Below are positions 24,485-36,761 of a stretch of 64,000 bases of DNA, one piece after another (within the stretch, counting starts at the first letter, position 1; each line of letters begins with the position of its first letter). The position numbers and the translations under genes are program-made. The notes beneath the pieces were generated by a model. It worked only from the letters and a program-made list of their open reading frames with translations, did not search any database and was not told the origin of the DNA. This DNA is from Squalus acanthias (Eukaryota). The DNA lies in the NCBI GenBank assembly GCA_030390025.1, contig CM059432.1:142416001-142480000 (forward strand). The letters are read 5' to 3'.

Positions 24485-24725
24485 TTTACAGGATGTAGTC
24501 ATCACTAGCAAGGCCAGCATTTATTGCCCATCCCTAATTGCCCTTGAGAAGGTGGTGGTGAGCCGCCTTCTTGAACCGCTGCAGTCCGTGTGGTGAAGGT
24601 ACTCCCACAGTGCTGTTAGGGAGGGAGTTCCAGGATTTTGACCCAGCGATGGTGAAGGAACGGCCGATATACTTCCAAGTCAGGATGGTGTGTGACTTGG
24701 AGGGGAACTTGGAGGTGGTGGTGTT
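24485..24725 (-). mobile_element. CR1-group LINE 3' end
   Basis: Reverse complement of the 30900-31140 tail. Confidence 0.8.
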
Positions 24726-24794
24726 CCAGACTAAGGCAGGTTTGGAGTGCATGTGCGGAAATACACGGAGCGTGATAAATAAGGTTTGCATACA

Positions 24795-25440
24795 CAAATC
24801 CTTGAATGTGGCAGGACAAGTTGATAAAGCTGTTCAAAAAGCACACGGGAGCCATAGCTTTATAAAGCATACAGTACAAAATCAAGGAAGTTATACTAAA
24901 CTTTTTATAAATCACCAGTTAGGCCTCAGCTGGTATATTGTGTCCAATTCTGGGCACTTGGAGAGGGTGCAGGAGACATTTACTGGAACGATACCAGGGA
25001 TGAGGGACTTCAGTGATGTGGAGAGACTGGAGAAGCTGGGGTTGTTCTCCTTGAGAGCAGAGATGGTTAAGGGGAGATTTAATCGAGGTGTTCAAAATTA
25101 TGAAGGGTTATGATAGAGTAGACAGGGAAAAACTGTGGGAGGGTCGGTAACCAGAGGACACAGATTTAAGATAATTGGCAAAAGAACCAGAGAGGAGATG
25201 AGAAGAAATGATTTTATGCAGTGAGTTGTTGTGATCTGGAATGCTCTGCTTGAAAGGGCGGTGGAAGCAGATTCAATAATAACTTTCAAAAGGGAATTGG
25301 ATAAATACTTGAGAGGGAAAAATTTGCAGGGCTATGGGGAAGAGCAGGGGGAGTGGGGCTAATTGGATCGCTCTTTCAAAGAGCCGGCACAGGCAGGATG
25401 GGCCGAATGGCCTCCCTCTGTGCTGTCTGATTCTATGATT
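24795..25440 (+). mobile_element. Degenerate CR1 3' fragment
   Basis: LERVQ..ERLEKLGLFSL; ttctatgatt tail. Confidence 0.8.
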
Positions 25441-25499
25441 GTTGTGCGCAGCTGATCCATGCGGCTGGACTGTCACTTTTCTGATCTGTGCTCCTGCAG

Positions 25500-25660
25500 G
25501 CTGGTGGTTTGACGCCTGCGGACCTTCAAATCTGAACGGGATATATTACTCCGCGGGACAGAAGCTGGGGAAGCTGAATGGCATAAAGTGGCATTACTTC
25601 AAAGGCCCGAGCTACTCTTTACACACCGTCACCATGATGATACGGCCGTCGGGCTTCTGA
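25500..25660 (+). CDS. ANGPT4: Angiopoietin terminal coding exon
   Basis: ctcctgcag acceptor ending at 25499, phase-compatible with the upstream exon (G|GC); 161 bp. Encodes GWWFDACGPSNLNGIYYSAGQKLGKLNGIKWHYFKGPSYSLHTVTMMIRPSGF-stop. Confidence 0.92.
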
Positions 25661-27137
25661 ACCAAAACCGCTCCAAACCCAACCCAATTACTGACCTGAA
25701 AATGGATCGGGGCAATCCTCTGGAGCCACCTTCCTCCAGAACTTTCCTCTCTCTCTGTTACTAAGGATTCGAAATAGTGAAAGAATTAAGACTCACTGCA
25801 CTCCTTCTCTTCCAAGCTTGGCCACTCCAACATCAACCCTTCATGACTTTTATACACTTGTGGACTCAACCTTCTGCGGTTTGGCACGAGCTAGTGAGGG
25901 GAGAAAGAGAGAACGAATCTTTTCATATTTGAAATTATGCGTGACCGCTGAATAATAGCGCCGTTCGTACTGCGACTTTGGGACTCCCGCCATCTCCCGC
26001 AAAGCCTCACTGACAGACCTGCTGATGGATGGGCCCTTCTGGCTTGGGGACAGCAGCAGGATCCTTCTTTATCTATTTTCACAAGCTCCATTTGACAGCC
26101 AGGAGAAGTGTGTGGGCTGGGGGTTTGTGGGGCGCAGTGCGGAAAGGAGCAAAGATGGATCCACCAGCACCTTCAAGAAATGGCTTATCGCTACAACAAC
26201 AAAAAGGCGAACGCACAGAACAGAACGAAGGTCCTCTCGCACCCAGTCATGACGGCCGTTAGTTCTGCACACGACTTGTTTGTGATAAAGATCAGGCTAC
26301 GGTACACCTTAGTGGTTCTAAATGGGGCAAGTGTGCTAAAGGACAGAGTTGAACTCGGTGTATCGTAATAGGAAAAAGCAACGGCTCTGTAAACTAGTGC
26401 CTGAGAATCCCAAGCATCTCATTAACACATCCTAACAAGCGATTCTCAGGACAGTACGTGTAATGTGATCAATTGGTTTTCTGCCATGTGTAATGTGACC
26501 TTGACAATGTTTGGGGGTTTTTTTTTTGCTCTCCCCGGCCACAGATTTTCAAAAGCAACAATAGCCCCTCTTCCTGGTTTGATTCTGAAACCAAAAGACT
26601 CATTAGTTGAACGACCAACACACTGAGATTTAACTATGAACAGGACACCAGGTTCCCCTCCCCAACACCATCCCTCCTTACCGAACAGAATTCACCTGGA
26701 GCCCAAACCCGCTCAGAATGGAGGAAGCATTGTATCGAGCAAAGTCAGCAACACATCGGGCCTGGGTTTGCACCTGGGTTCATCTGGTCTCCCGCCATAA
26801 CTCCAGGGGTGGCGGGGGGAGGGGAGGGGGTACCCTGGGAGAACCCCCAGAGAAATGGTGTAAATCTCCGCTGGCGCAGTATCCTTGGGAGTTCTGCCCA
26901 TCCCCCACCAGCCTTACAGCGGGTGGCCAGGAATCCCAGGGCTTTTATTTTTTCAATGCGTTTGACGAGATAAATATGGATGAAGCAGGGGGAGTTCAAT
27001 CCAATTTAGTTTACAGCTGCTCTAGACCCATCTTTTGTTTCTTTACTTGTCCCATTACCGCCCCCTTTCGCCTTGCACCACCATCCCTTTCGTCATTTAA
27101 TCGCTCCTGCCTTCCACCCGATCACAGACCTTCCCTT

Positions 27138-27670
27138 TTAGGAACACAGGAACAAGAGGAGGCCATTGAGCCCCTCGAGCCTGTTCTGCCATTCAATGAG
27201 ATCATGGTTGATCTGTGACCTAACTCCATATACCCGCCTTTGCTGCATATCCCTTAACAGAAATCTATCAATCTCAGATTTAATATTAACAATTGATCTC
27301 GAATCAATTGCCGTTTGCGGAAGAGAGTTCCAAACTTCTACCACCCTTTGTGTGTAGAAGTGTTTCCTAATTTCACTCCTGAAAGGTCTGGCTCTAATTT
27401 TTAGACTATGCCCCCTAGTCCTAGACTCCCCAACCAGTGGAAATAGTTTCTCTCTATCTACACTATCTGTTCCCCTTAATATCTTGAAAACTTCGATCAA
27501 ATCACCCCTTAACCTTCTAAATTCCAGGGAATACAAACTCTAGTTTGTGTAATCTCTCCTCGTAATTTAACCCTTGGAGTCCAGGTATCATTCTAGTAAA
27601 CCTACGCTGCTCTGCCCCCAAGGCCAATATATGCTTCTGAAGGTGTGGTGCCCAGAGCTGAACACAGAAC
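27138..27670 (-). mobile_element. CR1 3' fragment
   Basis: ORF 27138-27536 (YSLEFRRLRGDLIEVFK). Confidence 0.85.
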
Positions 27671-27774
27671 TCATTCCAGCAATTTTGGAGCAATTTTCTT
27701 TTTCTTTCGTTCTGTTGCAAAGAATCTAAAATAATGAAAGAATTCTTGGCTAGGCCCAACTCAAGCAATATCAA

Positions 27775-28620
27775 TACACACGCACACACCCGCACACAGA
27801 CACACACACCCCGCACACACCCGCACACAGACACACACACCCCGCACACACCCGCACACACCTCAGACACACAGACAAACCCACACACACACCCCGCACA
27901 CACAGACCCACACACACACCCCACACACACACCCCGCACACACAGACCCACACACACACCCCACACACACCCCGCACACACAGACCCACACACACATCCC
28001 ACACACACAGACCCACACACAAACCCACACACACGCACACCTCACACACACAGACCCACACACAAACCCACACACACGCACACCTCACACGCACCTCAGA
28101 CACACACATACACACAGACTCACACACACACCCCGCACACACAGACTCGCACACACAGACCCACACACAGACAGACCCACACACACACACAGACCCACAC
28201 ACACACAGACCCACACACAGACCCACACACACACACAGACCCACACACACACAGACCCACACACACACAGACCCACACACACACAGACCCACACACAGAC
28301 CCACACACACACAGACCCACACACAGACCCACACGCACACAGACCCACACACACACACACACACACAGACCCACACACACACACACAGACCCACACACAC
28401 ACACACACAGACCCACACAGACACACAGACCCACACACACACAGACCCACACACACACACAGACCCACACACACACAGACCCACACACAGACCCACACAC
28501 ACACAGACCCACACACACACACACACAGACCCACACACACACACAGACCCACACACACACAGACCCACACACACACCCCGCACACACAGACCCACACACA
28601 GACCCACACACACACACACA
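27775..28620. repeat. (CA)n/cacagaccca compound microsatellite
   Basis: Directly visible. Confidence 0.95.
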
Positions 28621-28632
28621 TTTTCCAGGAGG

Positions 28633-28730
28633 GGAGCTGGGCAGTAATGCGGAGCTGGGCAGTAATGCGGAGCTGGGCAGTAATGCGGAGCTGGGCAGTA
28701 ATGCGGAGCTGGGCAGTAATGCGGAGCTGG
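28633..28730. repeat. 18-bp minisatellite, ~5.5 copies
   Basis: Unit ggagctgggcagtaatgc. Confidence 0.95.
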
Positions 28731-29279
28731 AACCCTGGTTGATTTTGAGACAGAGGCCGGTTTCTGTGCCTGACTGAGATCAACAATGGAGCGCAGGTCA
28801 AGGGTCGGCCCTGGTCACATTGCCACAAAGCAATTGGGCAAATTCTAGTCAATTTCTCTTTAGTAAATTACTAGTTTGGCACAAAACTATATTCACTTGT
28901 CAGTATATTGAAAATGACTAATAAGGAATTCGCAGTGATATATTACTAATGTTCTGATGCACAATTCCTTGCTTACTTTTTAATGAAAGGCTAATTTGTT
29001 TCATCCTTCAATGTAAACTGTTTGACACTATTATTAATTGTAGCGTGGTACGGTTTGTTAGATTCTAAGTATAAGTGAAGTAATGCAACATAGAAGGTGG
29101 TAACTGTGTACTGCGGAGTTCAACTATGGTTATAGGTTATTTGAGCAAACATTGCTCAGAGATAACCAGGAGAGGAAATCAGTGAGCCTCCTCACTCAAC
29201 AGAAACTAGTCACTGTGTCAGACAGTGGAAATGATTCCTATTTAAAGAGAACAAAGGATGATCCTGGGACATCCTTGTA

Positions 29280-29399
29280 CTGTAGATGGTACACACTGCA
29301 GCCACGGTGCGCCGGTGGTGGAGGGAGTGAATGTTTAAGGTGGTGGATGAGGTGCGGATCAAGCGGGCTGCTTTGTCCTGGATGGTGTCGAGCTTCTTG
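29280..29399 (-). mobile_element. Internal fragment of the CR1-group LINE
   Basis: KKLDTIQDKAARLI...HRRTVAAVCTIY. Confidence 0.75.
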
Positions 29400-30107
29400 C
29401 AGTTATTACGGTGCGTTAAGAAGCACCTTTTGAACAGCACTGCATCAATTGGTTCTTAAAGGCTGAAACTATGAAGGGGGTTTTTTCCAAAACACATGAT
29501 ACGTTTATAGATTCCTTGCTTCTCTGCCTCTCTGTCCCACCACCCACCCCACTGTAAACTAAACACCAATGTAAATAACTCTTATTTCATCAAGGCCTCA
29601 TCTTTCAGACTATTAATGTAGAATGAAAGTTATACTACAAGCATTTACTTGTTACCTTCAGTTTTGAGAAATGTTAAATGACATTGCTCTATAAGCAGAG
29701 TGTTAGAATGTGCATATTTTGTGCTCCAGTATACGAGTAATGTGAGACATGAGGTGGGGTGAGTGCAGCGAGCTCGGGAGGAACAGGTGACTCTGGACCG
29801 ATGGTTCCCAAAGCTCTCCACCTCTGGGGGTTTCCCTCGCCTCATCTCTGGGTCTGTTGTAGACTAATCGATAGAGATTGATCGCTGTGATTAGTCAACA
29901 ACTCCATTATCGTTGCGACTACCAGGATGGTAGAAGGCGAACTGGAAGGATCTTGGACTTTTCCGGTCCAGCAATTTCTATGTTCCTATCTTTTAGGAAT
30001 GAAGGATGTTGAGGGAGTTCTGTACTTGTTTTGTTGTTGCGGACAGCTTTTTTAACAGTAAGAATATTCTCTGCACATGCATATTATAAAGAGATTTTCT
30101 GGTAAAA

Positions 30108-30113
30108 ATTAAA
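30108..30113 (+). promoter_or_regulatory. Candidate polyadenylation signal of the angiopoietin mRNA
   Basis: First AATAAA/ATTAAA I found after the stop (ATTAAA), followed by GT/T-rich sequence. Implies a ~4.5-kb 3' UTR. No transcript evidence. Confidence 0.3.
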
Positions 30114-30328
30114 AACAGTGTTGTGTCATTTTTGTCATTTCTGCCACATTTGCTTAAGGGAACACAAGCTACATAAAATTAGACATATTATTTGACTGCG
30201 ACTTTGTTCTTCCATTTTCAAATATTGTGATCAGAACACTTTTCTGTTAAGATTGTTTTTGCTTGCTTAGATATTACTAATCAGTGAATGCAAAAATCCC
30301 ATCTAGAATTTTGTACTTTAATTACTAT

Positions 30329-31160
30329 CAGACCTGGACGACGTTCAGGCTTGGGCTGATAAGTGGCAGGTAACATTCGCGCCACACAAATGCCAGGCAA
30401 TGACTATCTCCAACAAGTGAGAGTCGAACCATCGCCCCTTGACATTCAACGGCATTACCATCGCCGAATCCCCCACCATCACCATCCTGGGGGTCACCAG
30501 TGACCAGAAACTTAACTGGACCAGCCACCTAAATACTGTGGCAACAAGAGCAAGTCAGAGGCTAGGTATTCTGCAGCGAGTGTCTCACCTCCTGACTACC
30601 CAAAGCCTTTCCACCATCTGCAAGGCACAAGTCAGGAGTGTGATGGAATACGCTCCACTTGCCTGGATGAGTGCAGCTCCAACAACACTCAAGAAGCTCG
30701 ACACCATCCAGGACAAAGCAGCCCGCTTGATTGGCACCCCATCCACCACCTTAAACATTCACTCCCTCCACCACTGGCGCACCGTGGCTGCAGTGTGTAC
30801 CATCTACAAGATGCACTGCAGCAACTCACCAAGGCTTCTTTGGCAGCACCTCCCAAACCCGCGACCTCTACCACCTAGAAGGACAAGGGTAGCAGGCGCA
30901 TGAGAACACCACCACCTCCAAGTTCCCCTCCAAGTCACACATCATCCTGACTTGGGAGTATATTGGCCGATCCTTCATCGTTGCTGGGTCAAAATCTTGG
31001 AACTCCCTCCCTAACAGCACTGTGGGAGCACCTTCACCACACGGACTGCAGTGGTTCAAGAAGGCGGCTCACCACCACCTTCTCGAGGGCAATTAGGGAT
31101 GGGCAATAAATGCTGGCCTTGCCAGCGACGCCCACATCCCATAAAAATGAATTAAAAAAA
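30329..31160 (+). mobile_element. CR1-group LINE 3' part (RT C-terminus and tail)
   Basis: W..KWQVTFAPHKC; ORF 30439-30903 (ILGV..D.KLNW..H, KAQVRSVMEY). A-rich tail. Confidence 0.85.
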
Positions 31161-31334
31161 AGACGAGAACCTATTGTCCATTTTGGAGCTGGGAGCCGGG
31201 GAATGGAACATGTTTCTATTTTGGGCTTACACAGTGTCAAACACTCTGGGGTAATTTATTAACAAACGGGATAGCTGGTGTCAAATTCTCCTGAAACCTG
31301 CACGAGTGTCTGGCGTTAGATTTCCCACATCAAT

Positions 31335-31487
31335 CATCCTTACGGGCTCTCAGAGACAAACTGCCAATTCAGTGCCAAGCTGTGCCAACCTATCAGCAGT
31401 TCATGATGCAGAATAGTTCCCACCAGAAAATGGGCCAATACTTCACCAACCCCTTTCACTGAGGTGCCTCAGCCTCAGCCAGCAGGA
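31335..31487 (-). mobile_element. Ancient SINE remnant resembling the LF-SINE body
   Basis: Minus strand gtgaaaggggttggtg...ttggcacagcttggcactgaattggcagt...gagagcccgtaagga is colinear with my recollection of the LF-SINE consensus. Confidence 0.45.
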
Positions 31488-31904
31488 GAGAGAGAATTTC
31501 CTACATTACAACAGTGACTACACTTCAAAACTACTTCATTGGCTGTAAAGCGCTTTGGGACATCCTGAGGTCATGAAAGGCGCTATAAAAATGCAAGTTA
31601 TTTCTTACTTTCCATTGACCTAGATCATGTTGAATCCTTCAGAGGGCAAGAGATAATGTACCCACCCACTGTAACACCCACTTTATTTGCCCACATTTTT
31701 GGTGCTTAAATTACACCTTAATTAAAAGACTCATAAAAATTGGTCTCCTTATCTGGACTTCCTTCCTGCAGACTAGCTTGTGGACTAATTCCCATCTCTG
31801 CTTCAGCCCCTCTCGCTCCAGTCATTTCCCATCACTAACTGGGAATTAATACCAGAACAAGAACCAAGATTTACTCGATCTTTTCAGTCTCTCCAATCCC
31901 TCTA

Positions 31905-32382
31905 CTGTGGCTCAGTGGGCTGCACTCTCACCTCTGAGTCCAAAGGTTGTGGGTTCATAGCCCCACTCCATGAGACTTGAGCACATAATCCAGGCTGACA
32001 CTCCAGTGTGGTACTGAGGGAGTGCTGCACTGTCGGAGGTGCCGTCTTTTGGATGAGAGGGCAGATGGAGCCTCAGTTTAACGTCTCATCCAAAAGACGG
32101 CACCTCCGACAGTGCAGCACTCCCTCAGTACCACACTGGAGAACAGGGGAGTTCTCCCTGGTGTCCTGGCCAATATTTATCCCTCAACCAACATCACTAA
32201 AACAGATTATCTAGTCATTTATCTCATTGCTGTTTGTGGGACCTTGCTGTGTGCAAATTGGCTGCCACGTTTCTTACATTACAACAGTGACTACACTTCA
32301 AAAATACTTCATTGGCTGTGAAGCGCTTTGGGACGTCCTGAGGTGGTGAAAGGCGCTGTATATAAATGCAAGTTCTTTTCTT
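31905..32382 (+). mobile_element. SacSINE1/Deu-type SINE with an internal inversion-duplication
   Basis: Head and tail intact. Perfect 58-bp inverted repeat at 32001-32058 / 32084-32141. Confidence 0.85.
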
Positions 32383-33035
32383 TATAGGTGGGTTTGAGCC
32401 ACAAAGTTGTCCCACATTGCCCGCAAGGCTTAGCTTTCATTGTGCCTCCAGCCAACAAACACTTTGTAGGTCATCAAAGCCCTTTGAGAATGGCATAAAG
32501 ATCGAGTGATGGAAATGGTGAAGCAGTGGTACAGGGCATGCTTCTCTGAGGTTATGGTTAGGCTTTTGGGCCAGGGCAATGTGCCAAGAGCTTTCCCTCG
32601 TCTACTGTCTCATGGTGGAGCCAGCCTTTGAATAAGCTTTAGTCAGTAATTCTTCACAGTCTGTTTTTTTTTTAAACTTAAGATGAATCAACCACTGGCA
32701 AGTTTTCTTCATTCTGTTATCTGTTGCCCAAAAGAAGGATCTAGAAGCTGAGTCCTGACCAGATTGTCCAGTTACCGGGACTTTCCCCCAACCCCCACCA
32801 TGTTTACAAACACAATTCTTGTCCCCCAGAAGCTGCGGGTGAATGAAACCAAAGTGGGATTGTCATCCAGCCCATTGCAAGCGTCGCTGTGCTTGATTGG
32901 AAGCCATTCATTCACAAAATATTGTAGACAGATTGAAATAAAAATCATACGGGGTTACTTTGTTTGTCTGACATAACTTCGGCGGAGGAATATCGGAAAT
33001 CCCGGAACACCGGTGTAAAAGTGGTGAGACTCCCC

Positions 33036-33555
33036 TTACCATAGAGGGAGTGCAGCGAAGGTTCACCAGACTGATTCCTGGGATGGCAGGACTGTCGTAT
33101 GAAGAGAGATTGGGTCGACTAGGCCTGTATTCACTAGAGTTTAGAAGAATGAGAAGGGATCTCATTGAAACGCATAAAATTCTGACAGGGCGAGACAGAC
33201 TGGATGCAGGGAGGATGTTTCTCCTAGTTGGGGGGTCTAGAACGAGGGGTCACAGTCTCAGGATACGGGGTAGGACATTTAGGACTGAGATGAGGAGAAA
33301 TTTCTTCACTCAGAGGGTGGTGAACCTGTGGAATTCTCTACCACAGAGGGCTGTGGAGGCCAAGTCACTGAATATATTTAAGAAGGAGATAGATAGATTT
33401 CTAGACACAAAAGGCATCAAGGGGTATGGGGAGAGAGCGGGAATATGGTATTGAGATAGAGGATCAGCCATGATCATATTGAATGGCGGAGCAGGCTCGA
33501 AGGGTCAAATGGCCTACTCCTGCTCCTATTTTTCTATGCTTTCTATGTTTCTATG
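33036..33555 (+). mobile_element. CR1/HER1 3' fragment
   Basis: ORF 33050-33454; (tttctatg)n tail. Confidence 0.9.
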
Positions 33556-33869
33556 TGACGAGGTTGGTTAATGCTCTGTCTTGTGTGCGGCTGACCCGTA
33601 TCAATCGGCAAGGTCCTGGGCTCGATTGGCGGGTCTGTGTTGAAATCCCGTTCGCTCATCGCTCGCTGAGCTCGCTGACCTACATTGGTTCCCGGTCCGG
33701 CAACGCCTCAAATTTAAAATTCTCACCCTTGTGTTAAAATCCCTCCATGGCCTCGCCCCGCCCTATCTATGTAACCTCCTCCAGCCCTACAACCCTCCGA
33801 GTTATCTGCACAAATTGGCTGCCACGTTTCCTACATTACAACAGTGACTACATTTCAAAAAAGTGCTCC

Positions 33870-35018
33870 ATTAAAGTTAAGGCACATGGGATTGGGGGCA
33901 AGGTATTGACTTGGATAGAGAACTGGTTGGTGGACAGAAAGCAGAGAGTAGGAATTAATGGGTCTTTTTCCGAGTGGCAAGCAGTGACTAGTGGGGTACC
34001 GCAGGGATCGGTCCTTGTACCCCAGCTATTCACAATATACATTAATGATCTAGATAAGGGAACCAAATGTAATATCTCCAAGTTTGCAGATGACACAAAG
34101 CTGGGTGGGAGTGTGTGCTGCGAGGAGGATACCGAGAAACTCCAGGATGATTTGGACAGGTTGGGTGAGTGGGTAGAAGCGTGGCAGATGCAATATAACG
34201 TGGATAAAGGCGAGGTTATCCACTTTGGTGTCAAAAACAGAAAGGCAGACTATTATCTGAATGGCAATAGATTGGGAGAAGGGGAAGTGCAACAAGACCT
34301 GGGTGTCCTTGTGCACCAGTCACTGAAGGTAAGCATGCAGGTGCAGCAGGCGGTTAAGAAGGCAAATGGTATGTTGGCCTTCATAGCGAAAGGGTTTGAG
34401 TATAGGAACAGGGATGTCCTGCTGCAGTTGTACAGGGCCTTGGTGAGACCACACCTTGAGTACTGTGTGCAGTTTTGGTCGCCTTATCTGAGGAAGGATG
34501 TTCTTGCCATGGAAAGAGTTCAGCGAAGATTCACCAGACTGATACCTGGGATGGCAGGAATGACGTATGAAGAGAGATTGGGTCGATTGGGCTTATATTC
34601 GCTGGAGTATAGAAGAATGAGAGGGGATCTCATCGAAACATATAAAATTCTGACAGGTCTGGACAAACTAGATGCAGGAAGGATGTTCCCGATGGCCGGG
34701 GAGTCCAGAACCAGGGGTCATAATCTACAGATAACGGGTAAACCATTTAGGACAGAAATGAGGAAGAATTTCTTCACCCAGAGAGTGGTGAACCTGTGGA
34801 ATTCTCTACCACAGAAGGTAGTTGAGGCCAAGTCATTAAATATATTCAAGAATGAGTTAGATATATTTCTTAAAGCTAAAGGTATCAAGGGATATGGGGA
34901 GAAGGCAGGTACAGGGTACTGAGTTTGGATGATCAGCCATGATCTCATTAAATGGCGGAGCAGGCTCGAGGGGCCGAATGGCCTACTCCTGCTCCTATCT
35001 TCTATGTTTCTGTGTTTC
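33870..35018 (+). mobile_element. CR1/HER1 5'-truncated copy inserted in a SINE tail
   Basis: ORF to 34922 with GVPQGS and KFADD. Highly similar to 41561-42703. SINE tail resumes at ttggctgtaaag. Confidence 0.92.
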
Positions 35019-35264
35019 TATTGGCTGTAAAGCCCTTTGGGACATCCTGAGGTCAGGAAAGGCGCTATAGAAATGCAAGTTTGTTCTTTCAACCCTCCGC
35101 CGACCTGAGTTTTCACCCCTCTCCTATTTATTTTATGAAGGGTCTTCCCCTGCCTTTTATTGGACGACTACACCTGAAATATTAATCTCTCTCGCTCTCT
35201 CCGCCAGGTGAGTTATCAAACTGCTGGGTACCACATTTTGGATTTATTGAGCAATCGATCCGGT

Positions 35265-35860
35265 ATTGGGGAGTCTAGGATGAGGGGACATAGCCTAAAA
35301 ATTAGAGCCAGGCCTTTCAAGAGTGAAGTTAGGAAACACTTCTGAGATTTATAGATTTTTCTTAACCAAAGGTATTAAGAGATATGGGGTAAAGGCAGGT
35401 ATATGGAGTTAGGTCACAGATCAGCCATGATCTCATTGAATGGCGGAACAGGCTCGAGGGGCTGAATGGCCTCCTCCTGTTCCTATGATCCTACATGTAT
35501 GTACCATCTACAAGATGAACTGCAGCAACTCGCCAAGGCTTCTTCGGCAGCACCTCCCAAACCCGCGACCTCTTCCACCTAGAAGGACAAGGGCAGCAGG
35601 CGCATGGGAACACCATCACCTCCAAGTTCCCCTCCAAGTCACACACCATCCTGTCTTGGAAATATATCGGCATACCTTCATCGTCGCTGGGTCAAAATCC
35701 TGGAACTCCCTCCCTAACAGCACTGCGGGAGCACCTTCACCACACGGACTGCAGCGGTTCAAGGTGGCTCACCACCACCTTCTCAAGGGCAATTAGGGAT
35801 GGGCAATAAATGCCGGCCTTGCCAGCGACGCCGACATCCCAGGAACGAATTTAAAAAAAA
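35265..35860 (+). mobile_element. CR1 3' remnant (35265-35490) followed by CR1-group LINE 3' end (35497-35860)
   Basis: Both tail types are recognisable from other copies in the window. Confidence 0.8.
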
Positions 35861-36761
35861 ATCATGCAACAGAACGGAGAGTGAACAATATATCGTTTTC
35901 GCGATCAACTCACAGTCCCAATGTTGAGTTAGCAGGTTTTTTTTTCCCCAAGTACAGTACATTTGCCAATTCTGTCTCTTTATAAATCTGCAGAGTAATT
36001 GGAACATGTCATATCTGCTGCTGACCCTTGCCTGCCTAATGTATCTCTGCATGTCAACATCATGACTGCTCAGAGTGCAAAAGAAAATAAAATATGAGGA
36101 CAATGTTCTCACTAGAACTCGCCCGAGAGTTTGCCAAGAAACACTCCGTTAATTAAATGAAAGTAGAAGTCTGTCCAGTTGCATGGTTAACAATTCTGAG
36201 ATCACATAGTTTTTGAGGGCTAATAATTCAGCGAACACTTAATAAATTATCTTCTCATAGCTGTAACGCGATACCAATGGGATGGTGGAATAACACTCGA
36301 CACTCAAATAATCGCTAATTATTACTTTTTGTCGAACCTACTCAAAATAATTTGCAGTGTTCTGCTTCGGAAAATCAGTTAAAATGGATTTTTTTCCCCC
36401 ACTCACGACTGATCATAATCTAAGGAGATCAAAATACAGAGAGTGTTTTTGGAAGGGCCACATCTGAACCATCAACCTGTCTTGTTCCATCAGATACCCT
36501 TCTGTGTATTTCCAACAGCCTCGGCTTTTCATTTCAGATTTCCAGCATTCATTTTTTTTTTAGATTCCTCACAGGGAGAATAAATTTCACAACGAAAGCA
36601 GTAGCAGCTTTTAAATCAAAAGTGGTTCGACTACAAACGTCAGAATATGGCCGGGTAGGGTCCAAGATCCTCATCAACGCGGGACGGGGAATATACCTGT
36701 GTTGTTTTTCTCTCTGTAGTTAACGACCCACTGATGAAACTGCATTCTCAAAATGACACGT

